A stretch of 64,000 nt of DNA from Dendrobates tinctorius (Eukaryota), in contig NW_027361810.1 in the NCBI RefSeq assembly GCF_039654945.1, positions 39,866,001 through 39,930,000 on the forward strand, read 5' to 3'. The notes beneath the pieces were generated by a model. The model was not told the DNA's origin and did not search any database. It worked only from the letters and a program-made list of their open reading frames with translations. Within the stretch, counting starts at the first letter, position 1; each line of letters opens with the position of its first letter. A program made the translations under genes and the position numbers. Positions 41,955 to 55,701 of this stretch are shown here, piece by piece.

Positions 41955-42746
41955 TGTTGTGAGTTCATTTTCCCCTCTGTCACTGAGGCCTGGTGAACTC
42001 CCTATTCTAGTGAAGGAAGGTAGTGAGCCTGATTATCAGGCACCTGGGACTAATGAAGACGATTGGCTGAGTGGAGTCACTGACTGGATTTAAGGCAGCC
42101 TACGCCCTTTCTGCCCTGCGGGTGATTTCTCTGTGGACTCTTGGACACCAGTCTTATTCCTGCTCTCCTAAAGCTAAGTTTTCTGTTTTGCCTTTTGCAT
42201 TTAAGATTTGCTTTTGTTTTTCTTGCTTTTTGGATTCTGCCACTCCCTGCTGGAGTGTGCAGTGTTCCGTTAGCTCTGTCTTCTGAAAGTACCTGAGTGA
42301 TGATTTAGTTTTTGAAGCTTAGTTGCTTCAGGGCCATTTTTATATCAGCTTGTTGGCTTTTGTCTCTGATAGGGTTTTGGCAGATTGCAGACAGCAGCCT
42401 TCCTATCCGTTCCTATCTAGGTAGTTTTTGGGCCCCGTCTTTGCTCAGCCTGTCTTTCTGTCTGTGTAAGTGTTTTCATCTTGCTTCACCGTCATTATAT
42501 GTGGGGGGCTGCCTATTGCTTTGGGGTCTGCTCTGGGGCAGATAGATTTCCCCTTTCCTTCTTTAGGCCTATGTATCTCTCCGGCTGTGATCGAGGGGTC
42601 TAGGTCATCGTAGGAACCCCCCACGGCTACTGCTAATTGTGTTGATAGGTTCAGGGGTCTGCAATCTGTTAGTTGCCAACTTCTCTAGTTTTCTGGACTT
42701 AGCTAGCATTTCTGTTTTTGCCTCCTACGATGACTCAATCATAACA
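41955..42746 (+). mobile_element. Solo LTR nested in the Gypsy 5' LTR
   Basis: TGTTGTGAG...CATAACA; CCCCAC duplication; absent from the sister LTR near 36053. Confidence 0.88.
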
Positions 42747-43221
42747 CCCCACCTTCTTTATATTGGTCCTTCCCCCAGCCCATCTGTCTGTCACAGTGGT
42801 CCATCCCTGAATCCTGTCCCCTGGGGACAGTTTCCCCGGAACCCAGATGACGACTCCCATGATTCTGGCCCGGGCACTCAACGGGGGCCGTTCCTCCCAC
42901 ATCAAGACTTTAGTGGCCATGTCTCGGTACTGCAGGTCCACCCCATATTCAAATGAATAGGTAATGGAGGTACAGTACCCAGCCATGGCCACTTCAGTAA
43001 TGATGGAGCTGCTGTGTTCTGACAGCATATGAGAACTTCCTGTGCCAGACACAAGCTGATCGGCAGTGGTCTCCCCCCACCAATATATTGATGACCTATC
43101 CTAAACAAAGGCCATCAATAAAAAAAAATGAAGGTCAACCCCTTTTAAACTAGAGAACACATTGGGTTACATATTTCTCACTTAGATTGTGGTCCCGCCA
43201 TCTCTCCACAACAGTATAAGG

Positions 43222-44207
43222 CAGAGGTCCTCAAACTACGGGCCGCGGGCCACATGCGGCCTGCCGAGGACATTTATCTGGCTCCTGGGCCCGGCCGACA
43301 TTGAGCTTCACTACCATTCAATGGAGGCAGGCTCTGTAATCGTGGGCGGAATGACAAGGTGGCGAGGAAAGGCGATGCGCTGCCACTCCAGAAGGCTTGC
43401 GGCCCTCTGTATGCAGCACAGACGATGGGATTGTCATGACACCGCCTGTGCAGCCTGATGCCGTCACGCCGCCTGTGCCAGAAGAAGACTGAGTTGAGCA
43501 GGCGCTTCTTCAGAGCAGCGGGGGACATAGATGAGTACTGATATTTTATTTTTTTTTTTTTTTTTAATGCCGGATGCGGTCTATCATGCCTATTGGGGAC
43601 CTTTGCTGCCTATTGGGGACATTTACCTGCCTACTGGGGACCTATGCCTGCCTATTGGGGACATTTACCTGCCTATTGGACACATTTACCTGCCAATTGG
43701 CGACTGTCGCATGACACCAGTCTAAGCCTGAGGTAAAAGTGGAGTTCCACCAATATGGGCACTGGTGAGGCTGAAATGATATGGACTGGCAAGGCTGCAT
43801 TGATGGGCACTGACCAGACTGCATTGATGGGCAGTGCAGTCTGTATGTCTGTGTGGGCAATTTTATTGCTGGTATATTGTTTATGTAGCACTGTATATTT
43901 ATTGGTATATTTCTAATGGCAATTTGGAATCCCTAGAAAATAATGATATAAAGAAAGAAAAAAAATTGACTCGGAGTGTAGGATATTCAAAGAACCCATT
44001 GAAATACCGGTAAGTTTGTTGATTTAACTTTACTTGTTCTTCATTTTAAATATTGTATTTGTTCCTGTTTTATTTTTTTACTTCAAAATATGTGCAGTGT
44101 GCATAGGAATTTGTTCATAGTATTTTTTTTTTAAACTATATTCCGGCCCTCCAATTGCCTGAGGGACAGTGAACTGGCCCCCTGTTTAAAAAATTTGAGG
44201 ACCCCTG
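43222..44207. mobile_element. Non-autonomous hAT (Charlie-like) element
   Basis: TIR CAGAGGTCCTCAAA / TTTGAGGACCCCTG; 8-bp TSD GTATAAGG/GCATAAGG; internal 21-bp repeats near 43590-43700. Confidence 0.85.
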
Positions 44208-47200
44208 GCATAAGGTATAGGAATTATGTTCTTCTCAGCAGATCATGGAATTATGATGTGTCCTCGTCTTCTGGTGTCAATAATGCATTTCCAGTGATCT
44301 GAATGAAGTCATCATGCTGTTGACCTAATCGTGTTGAGAGCAATCGCGGACAGAATAAAATAAATCACATCTTGAAAGCTGCTCACAAGGAGACAGGAAA
44401 GTGACATTCAAGGAGAATAAGGGAAATAAAAAATCTTCCATTGCTGGTATTAAAATGCTGGAATGGGACGCGGCTCACTTAGGCGATGAAGTGGCGCAGT
44501 AGACTGGTATCACCGGTGATCATCAAAAAGACTGTAGAGTCCGACATAAGAAACCACAACATAGGATACTCTTATCTGTGTATGCCCCACAGAACATGTA
44601 AGGTAGTTTTCCCACTGACTGCAAATCTATCTATGTACAGTATTATAGTCTATGGAGCTGTTAAATTTTTGTGTCTTGTATGTTAGCAAAAAAAAAATTT
44701 AAATTTTTTTTTAAAAATGTCAGTTTCTGATCCAAGTCCCGGATCAAACTCACCACTGCAAGTCTAGGGGTTGGAGAAAAACTCGGACAGCGTTCAGGTT
44801 ACATCCCAGTGTCTGATTTTCACTGACTGCTAGGAAAAGCTTAAGAAACCACCAGCATTTTATTTTGCATGCAAAAAAATAAGTCACCTCACCGCCTGCC
44901 TCTCCGGATAAACCCGTCTGAACCCTGAAGCATCTTTTGATCTCTGCCACTTGCACTGAAATCTCTGGGTGTCTTGCAATGGGCTGGGATACTCTGGCTT
45001 TGAGGCCGGTGAGGATTCTGCATATGCATGCAAGGTCATGGTCCACTTAGTCACATTTTGACGCCATGGCGTTTCGTGCATGTGTGCAGAACCCTCCAGG
45101 GTCCTCCTCAAAGCCATTTTCCAAATAAGCAAAGATCATCTGGTGAAGACTGGACGAGTGACACGGAGGGGCTGGAAAGGTTAGCGGTAAGGTAAGCATA
45201 AGGATTTTTTATGGCCTTTTACGGTTAGGAAAAAAGGCATCTGGCAGCGCCACTTTGCTGAATCCACGCGGAAGGGAATGTAGAGTTTTGCAAGTTTCAA
45301 TTCCACGCAAATGTATTCACTCAATCTCTTGTCATCAGTATAAGGGCTAAGGGCTCTTTCACATGAGAGAATAAATGGTACGAGTGCAATGCGATAAAAA
45401 AATCGGATTGCATTCGGACCAATGTTATTCAATGATTCAGTGCTCATCTGAGATCTTCTTCTCAGCTGAGATGGGATTGCGATCGGACTGATAAAAAAAA
45501 AAATCCAAGCTTGCTGTCAGAGGATGCAATCGCCAAAAGAAGCCAATGGATGCGAGAAAAAAACAATTGCACGGCACACAGGCTATGCGTGTGCTGTGCG
45601 ATTTGTATGCACCCATAGGAAACCTGACATTTCGTTAGCCAAGTACAGTAAAATCACAGCGTGAATTATCAGCATAGAATAGATAGAAAGATGTCAGTGA
45701 GATGCAGTGCATGTGTAGTTTTCTGTACTTATTTCAAAACGAAAAGAAAAAATGGAGTAGGGTACCCATAATTTAAAAAAAACAGCTGAAGGAAAGCAGA
45801 CAACTGAGAGCTGGTCTTAATAGCCTGGGAAAGGGGGTAATAAGCATCAAGCTTTTCAGGCTATAAATATGATCTCACAACTGTCTGCATGGCCTTAGGG
45901 GTTGGGGACCCCCCAAAAATTATTTGGTATCCCCCTATATTTAATAACCAGCAAAGGCTAAACAGACAGCTGCAGGCTGATATTAATAGCCTGGGAGGGG
46001 GCCATGGATATTTCTCCCCTCCCAGACTAAGAACACCAGCCCTCAGCCACCCCAGAAATGGCACATCCATTAGATGCACTATTTCTGGTGCTTAGCCTAG
46101 ACTCTTCCCACTTGTCCCAATCCAGTCCCAAGTGGGGTAATAATTTTGGGTTTGATGTAAGCTGGTTTGTCTGCTGATATCATAACATCCCTGGGCTTGG
46201 AGAGGCATCTATAAGACACCCCCCCATTACTAACCCCATAAGTTTAGTTAAAAAAATACTCAGACTAAAGTCCTTTATTTGAGCAAAACACTCCCTGACC
46301 CTCTTTAACCTATTTGTTAAGATCAAAATAAAAATGAAAACACAAAGTAATTCTCACTGGTGATGCTGTCCCATGAAGAACCCCAGCTCTGCTACATCCG
46401 GATGGTTTGTTGAATGGTGGCATGATGCGACAGCTCAGCAAGCCAGCCGGACACTGAAGTCAGTAGCGTAAGAATGCTCCTGTAGTGTCTAGTGCTGCCA
46501 GGAGTAAGGTTACCGAAGTACATAGCCGATTAACTCCGGTCACCTAACTGACGTCGCTACTCGCATCCTGAGACAATTCTTACAATGGGGAAAAGATGGT
46601 TGGAACCCAAGTCATTTTTTTGGGGGGGGTCCCCACTTTGTAATAACCAGTAAAGGCTACACAGACAGCATGTTTATTACCCCCTTCACAAGCTATTAAG
46701 ATCAGCTCTAAGCCTTCTGCTTTCCCTTAGCTGGTTAATAAAAATTAGGGGGATCCCATGCCATTTTTTATTTATTTTATAAATAAATACAACCACAGAA
46801 AACTGCACATAAAGCACCGATTATGGTATATATTTCAATGCCATCTTTCTATATATCTCTATCCGTATATAACATTGTTTTATTAGTTACAAAAATAGTT
46901 TGAAATTACATAGAGAAGTCCTGTATGTAAAACCTGTTAAAAACGCATTGCATACGTAATGTCAGACGGATGCTATTTGATAAAAATCGCATTGTCCTTG
47001 CATGACACTTGTCCAACTTTTCTGGATTACCAAGGTACCGATAGTAAAGTAGCGGGGCAACACTTTAACTACTTTTTAATATTCATCAGTGTTTGGTTCA
47101 ATTCATATTTTGCAACTTTAGTATAGTTTTCATTTTCCTTCTTGTTAGCCAATGACCGGAGGTGGGCAAACAGAAAGGAAAATTAAAACAGAAAGCTTTA

Positions 47201-50155
47201 AATTATTTAAATAGAAATTTCCATTAATTTCAAGCATTTTCTACAAATCTGATTTTAATGTAGCCTCCCCCACCACTCAAAAAAATAAAAAATTAAAAAA
47301 AGAGTAAAGTGGAAAGGAATCAGCTGTCCTATGATTAAACCTGTTCTTAAAAGATGACATCAATTTCCCAAGAGGGTGAATGTTTTAACGAAAGGATTAA
47401 AGTGAATTATAGTCGTCTTTCATGGGTAGATGTTTCAGTTCAGGTATTCCATTACCATGTGAAAATCAGCTTGTCCTCTAAGATGTAGATCAATCCCTTC
47501 TTTATCACTATTTCAGCTCCTCGGGTGGCACTTATATTCCTGGGAATATTTGCTCTATGATAGATTTGTGCAGATTAGCAAACGGCAAAGTCAGAAAATT
47601 CTTAAAGATTCTAAAGGCCGTTTTTAAAAATAATTAAAAGGCTGTTTTTGTTTACTAGAGCTTTGCTTTAAAGGCTAGGCACACCTCTGCCTAGGATTTT
47701 TTAAATTGTTCATTCGTTTCCTAAAAGCAACTTTTTAAATAATCTTCATTAAAAAGCGTTGCACCATTTCCTGCTGTAGAGCGCCTGTAAAGCCTTTATT
47801 TTGTTCAGTGCTTTTAAAACAAATGTTTCAAATCAGTCGTCTCTGCTATCCTTTCCCTTAACTCAGTGGTAGAGATAGCAGGAGGGAGAACTGTCAGGGA
47901 GCACTGCAGAGGGGAGAAAGTAGCTAAAGTTTCATGCAAAGATGAGACTACAAGCTACAGACAAAAAGGAAAGCACGTGGATAGAACATAAGTGCAGGAT
48001 AGAAGCTCTGCTGATACATGAAAGCAAGTGAAGACCGCAGAACTTTGGATACACACAGAGCCCACATCCAGCATGTATTACAGGGAGAGACACTGTCACA
48101 CAAAAAAATTAACACTTTGATAAGGTAGTCTGAAATAAACGAATGGATGAAGACTCAAGAGTGAAACTAAGGGCAGTGTTATTGACTAAAGGTAGCCACT
48201 AACATTTGTTCCTTGTCAAAGATGTCTATGACATTTAGGTTTCTTCATCTTTTGGAAAGTTGCATAGTTTAGCCATCATAGTCAATAATTGACTGAGTGG
48301 CCTCCAAAAACATTACTGGAGTTAACGGGCGCCAATAAAACATGGAACTTTATGACCACTTGGTTAGTCCCTCAATTTAAACATTGGTGATGGTCTGCCC
48401 TTTAGGACACCCAGCAATCACCTGAATGAAATGGTAGAACATTTTGTGATGGTCCCGCTCACTAGCTGCAACACATGACAAATGCCACTCCCTTACAGAA
48501 AACCCTTCACCTCAAAGGCATGGCTCACAGGGACACTGGAACTGGGACCCTAACTGTTACGGGGGGTACTCTTGATGGTAGATTCTCCAACCATACTATG
48601 TTCCTGTTAAACCCGGATCTGTCCTCTCCCCCACCCCATGAGGCATGGGACAAAATGAAATGTAAACAAGACACAGACAAAGCAGAGATGACAGAAAATC
48701 TCTATCATACAAAAGCACTAGCCAACAATAGGGAGGAGGATAGAATTGGGGAGGAATAAACTAAATGGGAACAGGGACCAGGAGATAAACACACACATAC
48801 TATAGCAAACCACAGAACACTTCTACTCCAACCACTTGGCTTTAGCACACATCACAGGAAGACAAATCTTTCAGCAGAATGGACAAGAAGGTCTAACCAG
48901 TTTTTATAGGAAGAGGTAATGACCAGATCAGAAGCAGCTGTAATGGAACTGCATGTTTCTAACCACCATAGAAAGGGTTATCCTCTTCAGCACCAGAAAA
49001 AATTAAATCTATTTAATATGGGAAACAAATCACACCATCTCTAAAGACCTGCGATCCACTACCCGACGTGACCATCTAACTACAGGTCTTCCAGGGGAGC
49101 GTGACACCCTCATGACATTGTGCCCAACATTTCCTTCTTTTTAAACTTTTTTTTATTTGAGTTAAGAGACCCTGACCCTTTAAGGCCATAAAGATGAAAG
49201 TCACCAAAGCTTACCTCCAGAGGAGACCAGATGAATGAAATCCAACTTCAATTATGAAAATATTATCTGTCCAACTTTAGACTAACATCATATCAAAAAC
49301 CCTAAAACTTTATACTTTATTCTTTATTAATAAAAGAATCCAACAAGGGGTCACACCACACAGTGAACACAACAAAAAAAACAAACAAAGTGCCCAAAGA
49401 AATATAATTAAAATGGGGATTTCCTAGGAGTCCCTGATGCAATCTAACACTCATGCCTTCCTTGCCGCGGAGGTTGGCACCCTAGGGGGGACGTTGTGGC
49501 GCCCCCGCTTAACGATGACTTTCCCTAGGAACGCTATTCCACCCTGCAGCCACTAGGTGATCCCTTTCCCAGTGCTAAAGGGACCTCTATCGCTATACAG
49601 AGGTATTTCTGTGATAAGGAGGACCCTACACCCCAAAAAGTTAAAAACATATATAGGAACACACCGGCAGTATCATGGCGTATTAAGGTGAGAAATCAAT
49701 ACAAAGATGCCAAACCCTCCTTTGGAAGAATACCCAGAGGATATGGTGTCAGTTAAATCACCACTCAACATGTAGAGGAACGATGAGAGATATACTGTAA
49801 ATTTTCAGTTCTAGATTTTAAATTATTACCATATACATCAGCTCAGATAATTTTAGCACAAAAATAGAAATAGACAGTAAAGGGAATCACCCTCAAAAAT
49901 ATACCTTGTCCCATGAAAAAGGTCAATACCTCTGATCAGATAGTTTTGGCACAAGATTGACAGCATAGGGGGTCACCCTCAGATACATAGTGCATTTTAT
50001 CCCAACAGGGATCAATGTCCACTGAACCTATAACCACTGTATTAAACAATGAACCCCATACGGGGTCAGACAATGATGTGCAGATACAACCAGTGGACTG
50101 CTAAGATATATATGGTTTAAATACTCATTGTATCACCCGCCTCATAGCTTATAGC

Positions 50156-50195
50156 GCCTCAACGCGTTTCGCCCCGTCTGGGCTCATCAGGAGGC
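50156..50195 (-). ncRNA. Minimal type I hammerhead ribozyme
   Basis: GCCUC CUGAUGA GCCC-AGACG-GGGC GAAA CGCGUU GAGGC. Confidence 0.85.
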
Positions 50196-51019
50196 CTGAT
50201 GTCATCATAACTTGTGTCCTGATGTGGTACAATAGCTGGATCGCCTCGATATCCCCCTCCATTTAAGCATACAGCCACAACGTCCGCCAGCCCCGGACGT
50301 TATCCAGGAACACACCCCTTTCCTGAGTGCACATGTCGGTGGGGCGTGTATTCCACATCTCACGCCATGACACGCGATATTCACACCCCTTACTCTCAAT
50401 GCGCATGTCATTGAGGTGTGTATTCCACAACTCGCGCCGTAACGCGCGATACTGACGTCACCATACCGGAACTATCTTATCATTTCTGGATAACTGGGCT
50501 ACTGAATTCGCGCCCACCCACCGCGCATGCTCGCGAGATCGATACACATCAATTACCATGCCGTGGAGCGCAAGTCTCATTCAATGTCAGAGGCACAGGC
50601 TCAGAGTGAACCGCACCACCATGACAGGAGATATCATTAATATACAGTTAACCAGTGCGCAGACTCAGTAAGCCACCCCACCATGACAGAGGATGTAAAT
50701 ACACAATATGAGACGTCCTTATTGTGACGACTCCTGGAGTGGACCCTCTGGGTCGTGACACCAACCCTCCCAGGGCGAGCTGACCTAGTGAAGACCACCC
50801 CCTATACAGGGAGCGTCAGGGGCAAGCCCCAGGGGGTGAGGCACCACGACTGCTGGCACCAGGCGGCCGGCTCACAGGAGACACGAGTGGGTGAGAGTGT
50901 CTGCAGGAACGTGTAAAGTGTGGACACGGGAACACGTGGTATACAGAGACTTCGTTCGTCCGGGTGTGAGTGAAGCAGGAAGCGTGCAAGGAGCACGTCA
51001 GAGCACTGAGTCAGGCATC

Positions 51020-51345
51020 AGGTGTGCCAGGAGGTGTAACAGAGTAAGAGACTGAGTACAGGATCAGAGTGTGTGCCCGGAGGCACAACTGAGTATAAGA
51101 CAGAGCACGGAATCAGAGTGTGTGCCAGGAGGCACGACTGAGTATAAGACGGAGTACAGGGTAAGAGCGTGTGCCAGGAGGCACAACCGAGTATGAGACA
51201 GAGTACAGAGTCAGAGCATGTGCCAGGAGGCACAACCGAGTACGAGACAGAACACCGGGTCAGAGCGTGTGCCAGGAGGCACAGCCAAGTACAAAGCAGA
51301 GTGCAGATTCAGAGCGTGTGCCAAGAGGCACAACAGAGTGCAAGG
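51020..51345. repeat. About 47-bp tandem repeat in the LTR (also near 56012-56337)
   Basis: GAGYGTGTGCCAGGAGGCACAACCGAGT unit, about 7 copies. Confidence 0.85.
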
Positions 51346-51530
51346 CAGAGGACCTGAGTACAGCGCACAGCCAGGCAGGGACACGGCAGACCAAGCCAGG
51401 AAGCACAACAATAATCAGGCACCTCCCCTAGGGGGAGGTCGTCTGATATAGCACATGACTATTACTGGTTCCGGGTCAGGACCTAGCCAGAAAGCACATG
51501 ACCACTACAGGTTCCGGGTCAGGTCCTCCA

Positions 51531-54500
51531 TTACCATAGAGAGGACCGAGCCCTATACAGCACTGACAGGAGCGCGCAAGCGCAGACGTGACATGTAGGA
51601 GGAGACCCGGGGACGAGAACTGCGCGTGCGCACCCTACGGGACCCCCGGAGTGACCGCAGCTCCGGAAGAGATGACGTCGGGACCGAGGTCCCGCCCCCA
51701 GGTGAGCACGGCGTGACAGTACCCCCCCTTTACGCCCCCTCTTTCTAAAACTGGAGAGGAACTTAGACAAAATCTGGGGTGCGGGGATATTCTCCCTGGG
51801 TTCCCATGACCTCTCCTCGGGGCCAAAACCCTTCCAATCGACCAGGAACATGGTTCTCCCTCTTACCTTCTTCATGGCCAAAATGTCATTCACCTCAAAC
51901 TCATCCCCCAAGCCAACAGGCTGGGGTGTGTGGCCTGGAGAAGGATGAAATCGGTTAAGAACCACAGGTTTTAGGAGAGACACATGGAAGGAATTGGGAA
52001 TACGGAGTGAAGGAGGCAGCTTCAATTTGTAAGCAACATCATTAATCCGCCTGAGGACCTCAAAAGGACCAATGTAACGGGGACCCAGTTTGTAAGATGG
52101 TACCTTAAGGCGGACGTATTTGGTGGAGAGCCACACCTTGTCACCAGGGAGAAATGGAGGAACGTCCAGGCGCCTCTTGTCAGCGTGTAATTTCATTCTG
52201 TCCCGTGCTTTCTCGAGAGCGGTTTTGGTCTCCTGCCATACCCTGGAGAACTCCACAGACTGAGAATCGGCAGCAGGTACCCCCGAGACAGGAAGTACCG
52301 GTAGAGGCACATTGAGATGCTGTCCAAAGACGATGAAGAAAGGAGACTTGGTAGACGATTCACTGGAGTGATTATTGTAGGCGAACTCAGCCCATGGAAG
52401 TAGACCGACCCAGTCATTCTGATGAGCATTAGAAAAATGCCGGAGATAGGATGTAAGGATCTGGTTGGTACGTTCCACCTGCCCATTGGTTTGGGGGTGA
52501 TAGGCGGAGGAGAAATCCAATGACACTTTCATGAGTCCGCATAGAGCTCTCCAGAACCGGGAGGTGAATTGGACCCCTCTATCCGACACGATGTGCTGGG
52601 GGAAGCCGTGAATCCTGAAGATATGGGAAATGAAGATCTTCGCCAAGTCAGGAGCAGAGGGTAGTCCGGGAAGAGGAATGAAGTGAGCCATCTTTGAAAA
52701 TCGGTCTACAACCACCAAGACCACAGTACAACCGGAAGAACAAGGCAGATCAGTAATGAAATCCATGGCTATGTGCTGCCATGGAGCCGACGGAATGGGA
52801 AGCGGGAACAGAAGACCGGAGGGTGGTTGTCTGGGTATCTTGTTCTGGGCACAGGACGGGCAAGATGCTACAAAGTCTTTAACATCCTGGGAGAGTGAAG
52901 GCCACCAATAATGGCGAGAGATTAAGTCCAAATTCTTTTTGACACCAACGTGGCCGGCAATCTTGGACGAATGTCCCCAATTTAGCACTCGTTTTCGGTT
53001 ATTCTCAGCCACAAAGGTTCTTCCCGGAGGTAACGTGGTTAACTTGACAGGAGCCACAGTAATTACTTTGGATAAATCAATGATATGAGAGGGTTCTTCC
53101 TCTGCATCAGACGACAGGAATGATCTTGACAATGCATCCGCTCTAACGTTCTTATCGCCGGGCCGAAAATGTAGCTCAAAGTCAAAGCGGGCGAAGAATA
53201 GGGACCACCTGGCTTGCCGAGGATTGAGCCTCTGTGCGGACTGGATGTACGCCAGGTTCTTGTGGTCTGTGAAGATCTTGAATGGATGTATGGCACCCTC
53301 CAGTAAGTACCTCCACTCCTCCAAGGCCAACTTAATGGCCAATAGCTCTTTGTCGCCGATGGAGTAGTTCTGCTCAGTGGAGGAAAATACTTTAGAAAAG
53401 AAGCCACAGGTGACAAAACGTCCAGAAGAGGATTTCTGCAGAAGGACTGCGCCAGCCCCAGTAGAGGATGCGTCTACCTCGAGAGTGAAAGGTCTACTAA
53501 CCTCAGGTCGGTGAAGCGCCGGAGCAGCGGCGAAGGCTTGTTTCAACGACTGGAAGGCCTCTTCAGCCTCAGAGGGCCAAGCCTTTGGGTTAGCTCCCTT
53601 GCAGATAAGGGACGAGATGGGGCGAACCAACGAGGAAAAATGAGGAACGAACTGTCGGTAGTAGTTCGCAAAACCAAGGAAGCGTTGGATTGCCTTCACC
53701 CCATGGGGCTGTGGCCAATCGAGGACGGCGGACACTTTTTCCGGATCCATGCATAGACCTGATTCTGAGATAATGTACCCCAAGAATGGCAGGGACGTTT
53801 GCTCGAAGGCACATTTCTCGAGCTTGGCATAAAGGCGGTTCTCCCTCAGGCGCTGGAGGACTTGACGCACGTTCTTTCTGTGGGCGGAGAGGTCTGGAGA
53901 AAAAACGAGGATGTCATCCAGATAGACTACCACGCAGGAGTACAGCATATCCCGGAAGACGTCATTCACGAACTCCTGGAAAACCGCTGGGGCATTGCAG
54001 AGGCCGAAGGGCATGACCAAGTACTCGTAGTGACCGTCTCTGGTGTTAAAGGTGGTCTTCCACTCATCCCCGGAACGAATGCGGATCAAGTTGTAGGCCC
54101 CACGAAGATCCAGTTTGGTGAAAATTCGAGCTCCTCTAAGTCAGTCAAAGAGCTCCGGGATCAATGGCAATGGGTACTTGTTCTTGACCGTGATATTGTT
54201 CAGGCCTCGGTAGTCTATGCAAGGACGGAGGGAGCCGTCCTTCTTTTTTACAAAGAAAAATCCCGCTCCCGCGGGCGAGGAGGACTTACGGATGAAACCT
54301 CTAGCAAGGTTCTCCTGGATATAGTCAGACATAGCTTGGGTCTCAGCAGGGGATAGCGGGTATATCCTACCCCTGGGTGGCATAGAACCAGGAATGAGGT
54401 CAATCGGACAGTCATATGGCCGATGGGGGGCAGAGTCTCGGCCTCCTTCTTGTCGAAGACATCTGCAAAGGACCAGTAAGCCGACGGCAGACCTGTAGGT

Positions 54501-54964
54501 GCCGGGGATGGAACGGCAGAGTTCATCAGACGGACGGGCAACAGGCACTTCTCCTGACAGAACGGTCCCCACCGGAGTATCTCGCCCGACCGCCAGTCCA
54601 GGGTTGGCTCATGAGTCCGTAGCCAAGGGAGGCCTAGAAGAAGTGCGTGAGACATGGTGGACAAGACGAGGAAGGAGATCTTCTCCAGGTGCAGGGCTCC
54701 GATCTGTAGCTCGATCTCTTCGGTGGCCTGGGTAACGGACTCCAGCACGGACGTACCATTGACCGAAACAATCGACCGAGGAGTCTCCAGGGATCTGACA
54801 GGAATCCGGTATTTTTTAACCGCCTCGAGTGTGATAAAATTCCCCTCCGCGCCAGAATCCAGGAAAGCCTCCTCAGAATAACGCTTGGCACCGAGATTCA
54901 ATAATACGGACACGAGCAGGGGCGGAGAGGAATCACGTACACCTAGGGAGGCCTCTCCTATCAA
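51531..54964 (-). pseudogene. pol (protease, RT, RNase H, integrase, chromodomain) with one frameshift and one stop
   Basis: FLDSGA, YLDD, VDAS, HHCC, VSDRG, GPF and chromodomain FLVDWKGFGPEERSWEP; frameshift near 54425, TGA at 54141-54143. Confidence 0.93.
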
Positions 54965-54966
54965 CC

Positions 54967-55701
54967 CTAGGTGGAGAAGTTTCCCGGCTTCTTGGAGCAG
55001 GAACGGAGGAGGTGAGAGGAACTCCTCTCTCTGGCTAATTCACGGGCACGTTCCTGAAACCGCAGGTCGATGCGTGTCGCCAGTGAGATCAGATCCTCTA
55101 AAGAGGTGGGAGTATCCCGACCTGCCAGTACGTCTTTGATCCGACTGGACAGGCCACGCCAAAAGATCCCTACGAGAGCCTCGTTGTTCCAACCGAGTTC
55201 GGAGGCCAAGGTACGAAAACGGATGGAATACTGTCCTACCGGTAGCGTACCCTGATGGAGGTTAAAGAGGGACTCGGTGATAGAGGCCAGCCGACCCGGC
55301 TCGTCGAAGACCTTGCGGAAGGTGTCCAAAAAGGTGGAAAGCCGAGAGACGAGTGGGTCATTGCACTCCCAGAGGGGGTTCACCCATGCTAATGCCTCCC
55401 CCTCTAAGTGTGAAACAATAAAGGCAATTTGGGCGCGCTCAGTGGGATAGTGCTGCGGCAAAAGCTCAAAATGTAACCGGCATTGGTTCAGAAATCCTCG
55501 ACAAAACTTAGGGTCCCCGCTATATCGGGGTGGCTTGCCGAGGCGCGGCATCGGGTGCGGGGCCGAGGACTGGGCAGAAACGGATTGTATGGCCGACAAA
55601 CGAGACTCCATGGATTTCAAAAAGACCATAATCCTGGTCTGACTCTCCCGTAGGAACACCAGTTCCTTTTGGATGGAGGTGGTGGCACCAGCGGGGTCCA
55701 T
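54967..55701 (-). CDS. Sushi/PEG10/RTL1-like Gag
   Basis: PPRYSGDPKFCRGFLNQC, LEGEALAW, LHQG...YSIRF, GLSSRIKD motifs. Confidence 0.88.
   Translation of the reverse strand: MDPAGATTSIQKELVFLRESQTRIMVFLKSMESRLSAIQSVSAQSSAPHPMPRLGKPPRYSGDPKFCRGFLNQCRLHFELLPQHYPTERAQIAFIVSHLEGEALAWVNPLWECNDPLVSRLSTFLDTFRKVFDEPGRLASITESLFNLHQGTLPVGQYSIRFRTLASELGWNNEALVGIFWRGLSSRIKDVLAGRDTPTSLEDLISLATRIDLRFQERARELARERSSSHLLRSCSKKPGNFST

Larger units (their letters stand above)
35164..42901 (-). mobile_element. Decayed Gypsy LTR retrotransposon, tRNA-Ser primed
   Basis: LTRs 35164-36208 and 41184-42901 (the latter with a nested solo LTR); TCAA 4-bp TSD; PBS 41164-41181; polypurine tract near 36209-36220. Confidence 0.93.
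35035..43143. mobile_element. T2/Kolobok-type MITE split by the Gypsy insertion (halves 35035-35163 and 42902-43143)
   Basis: AGGGGTTG start, CAACCCCT end; ATTGATGGCCTTTG / CAAAGGCCATCAAT symmetry across the insertion. Confidence 0.65.

Noticed and set aside
44750-45132. Minus-strand ORFs ending near a GTGAGG donor-like site, as a possible alternative STK39 first exon
   Set aside because: The phase-compatible frame has no ATG after an upstream stop, the ATG frame is out of phase with the exon at 690, and there is no recognisable homology.
48443-49120. Possible solo LTR
   Set aside because: TG...CA candidates exist but no convincing TSD or second copy.
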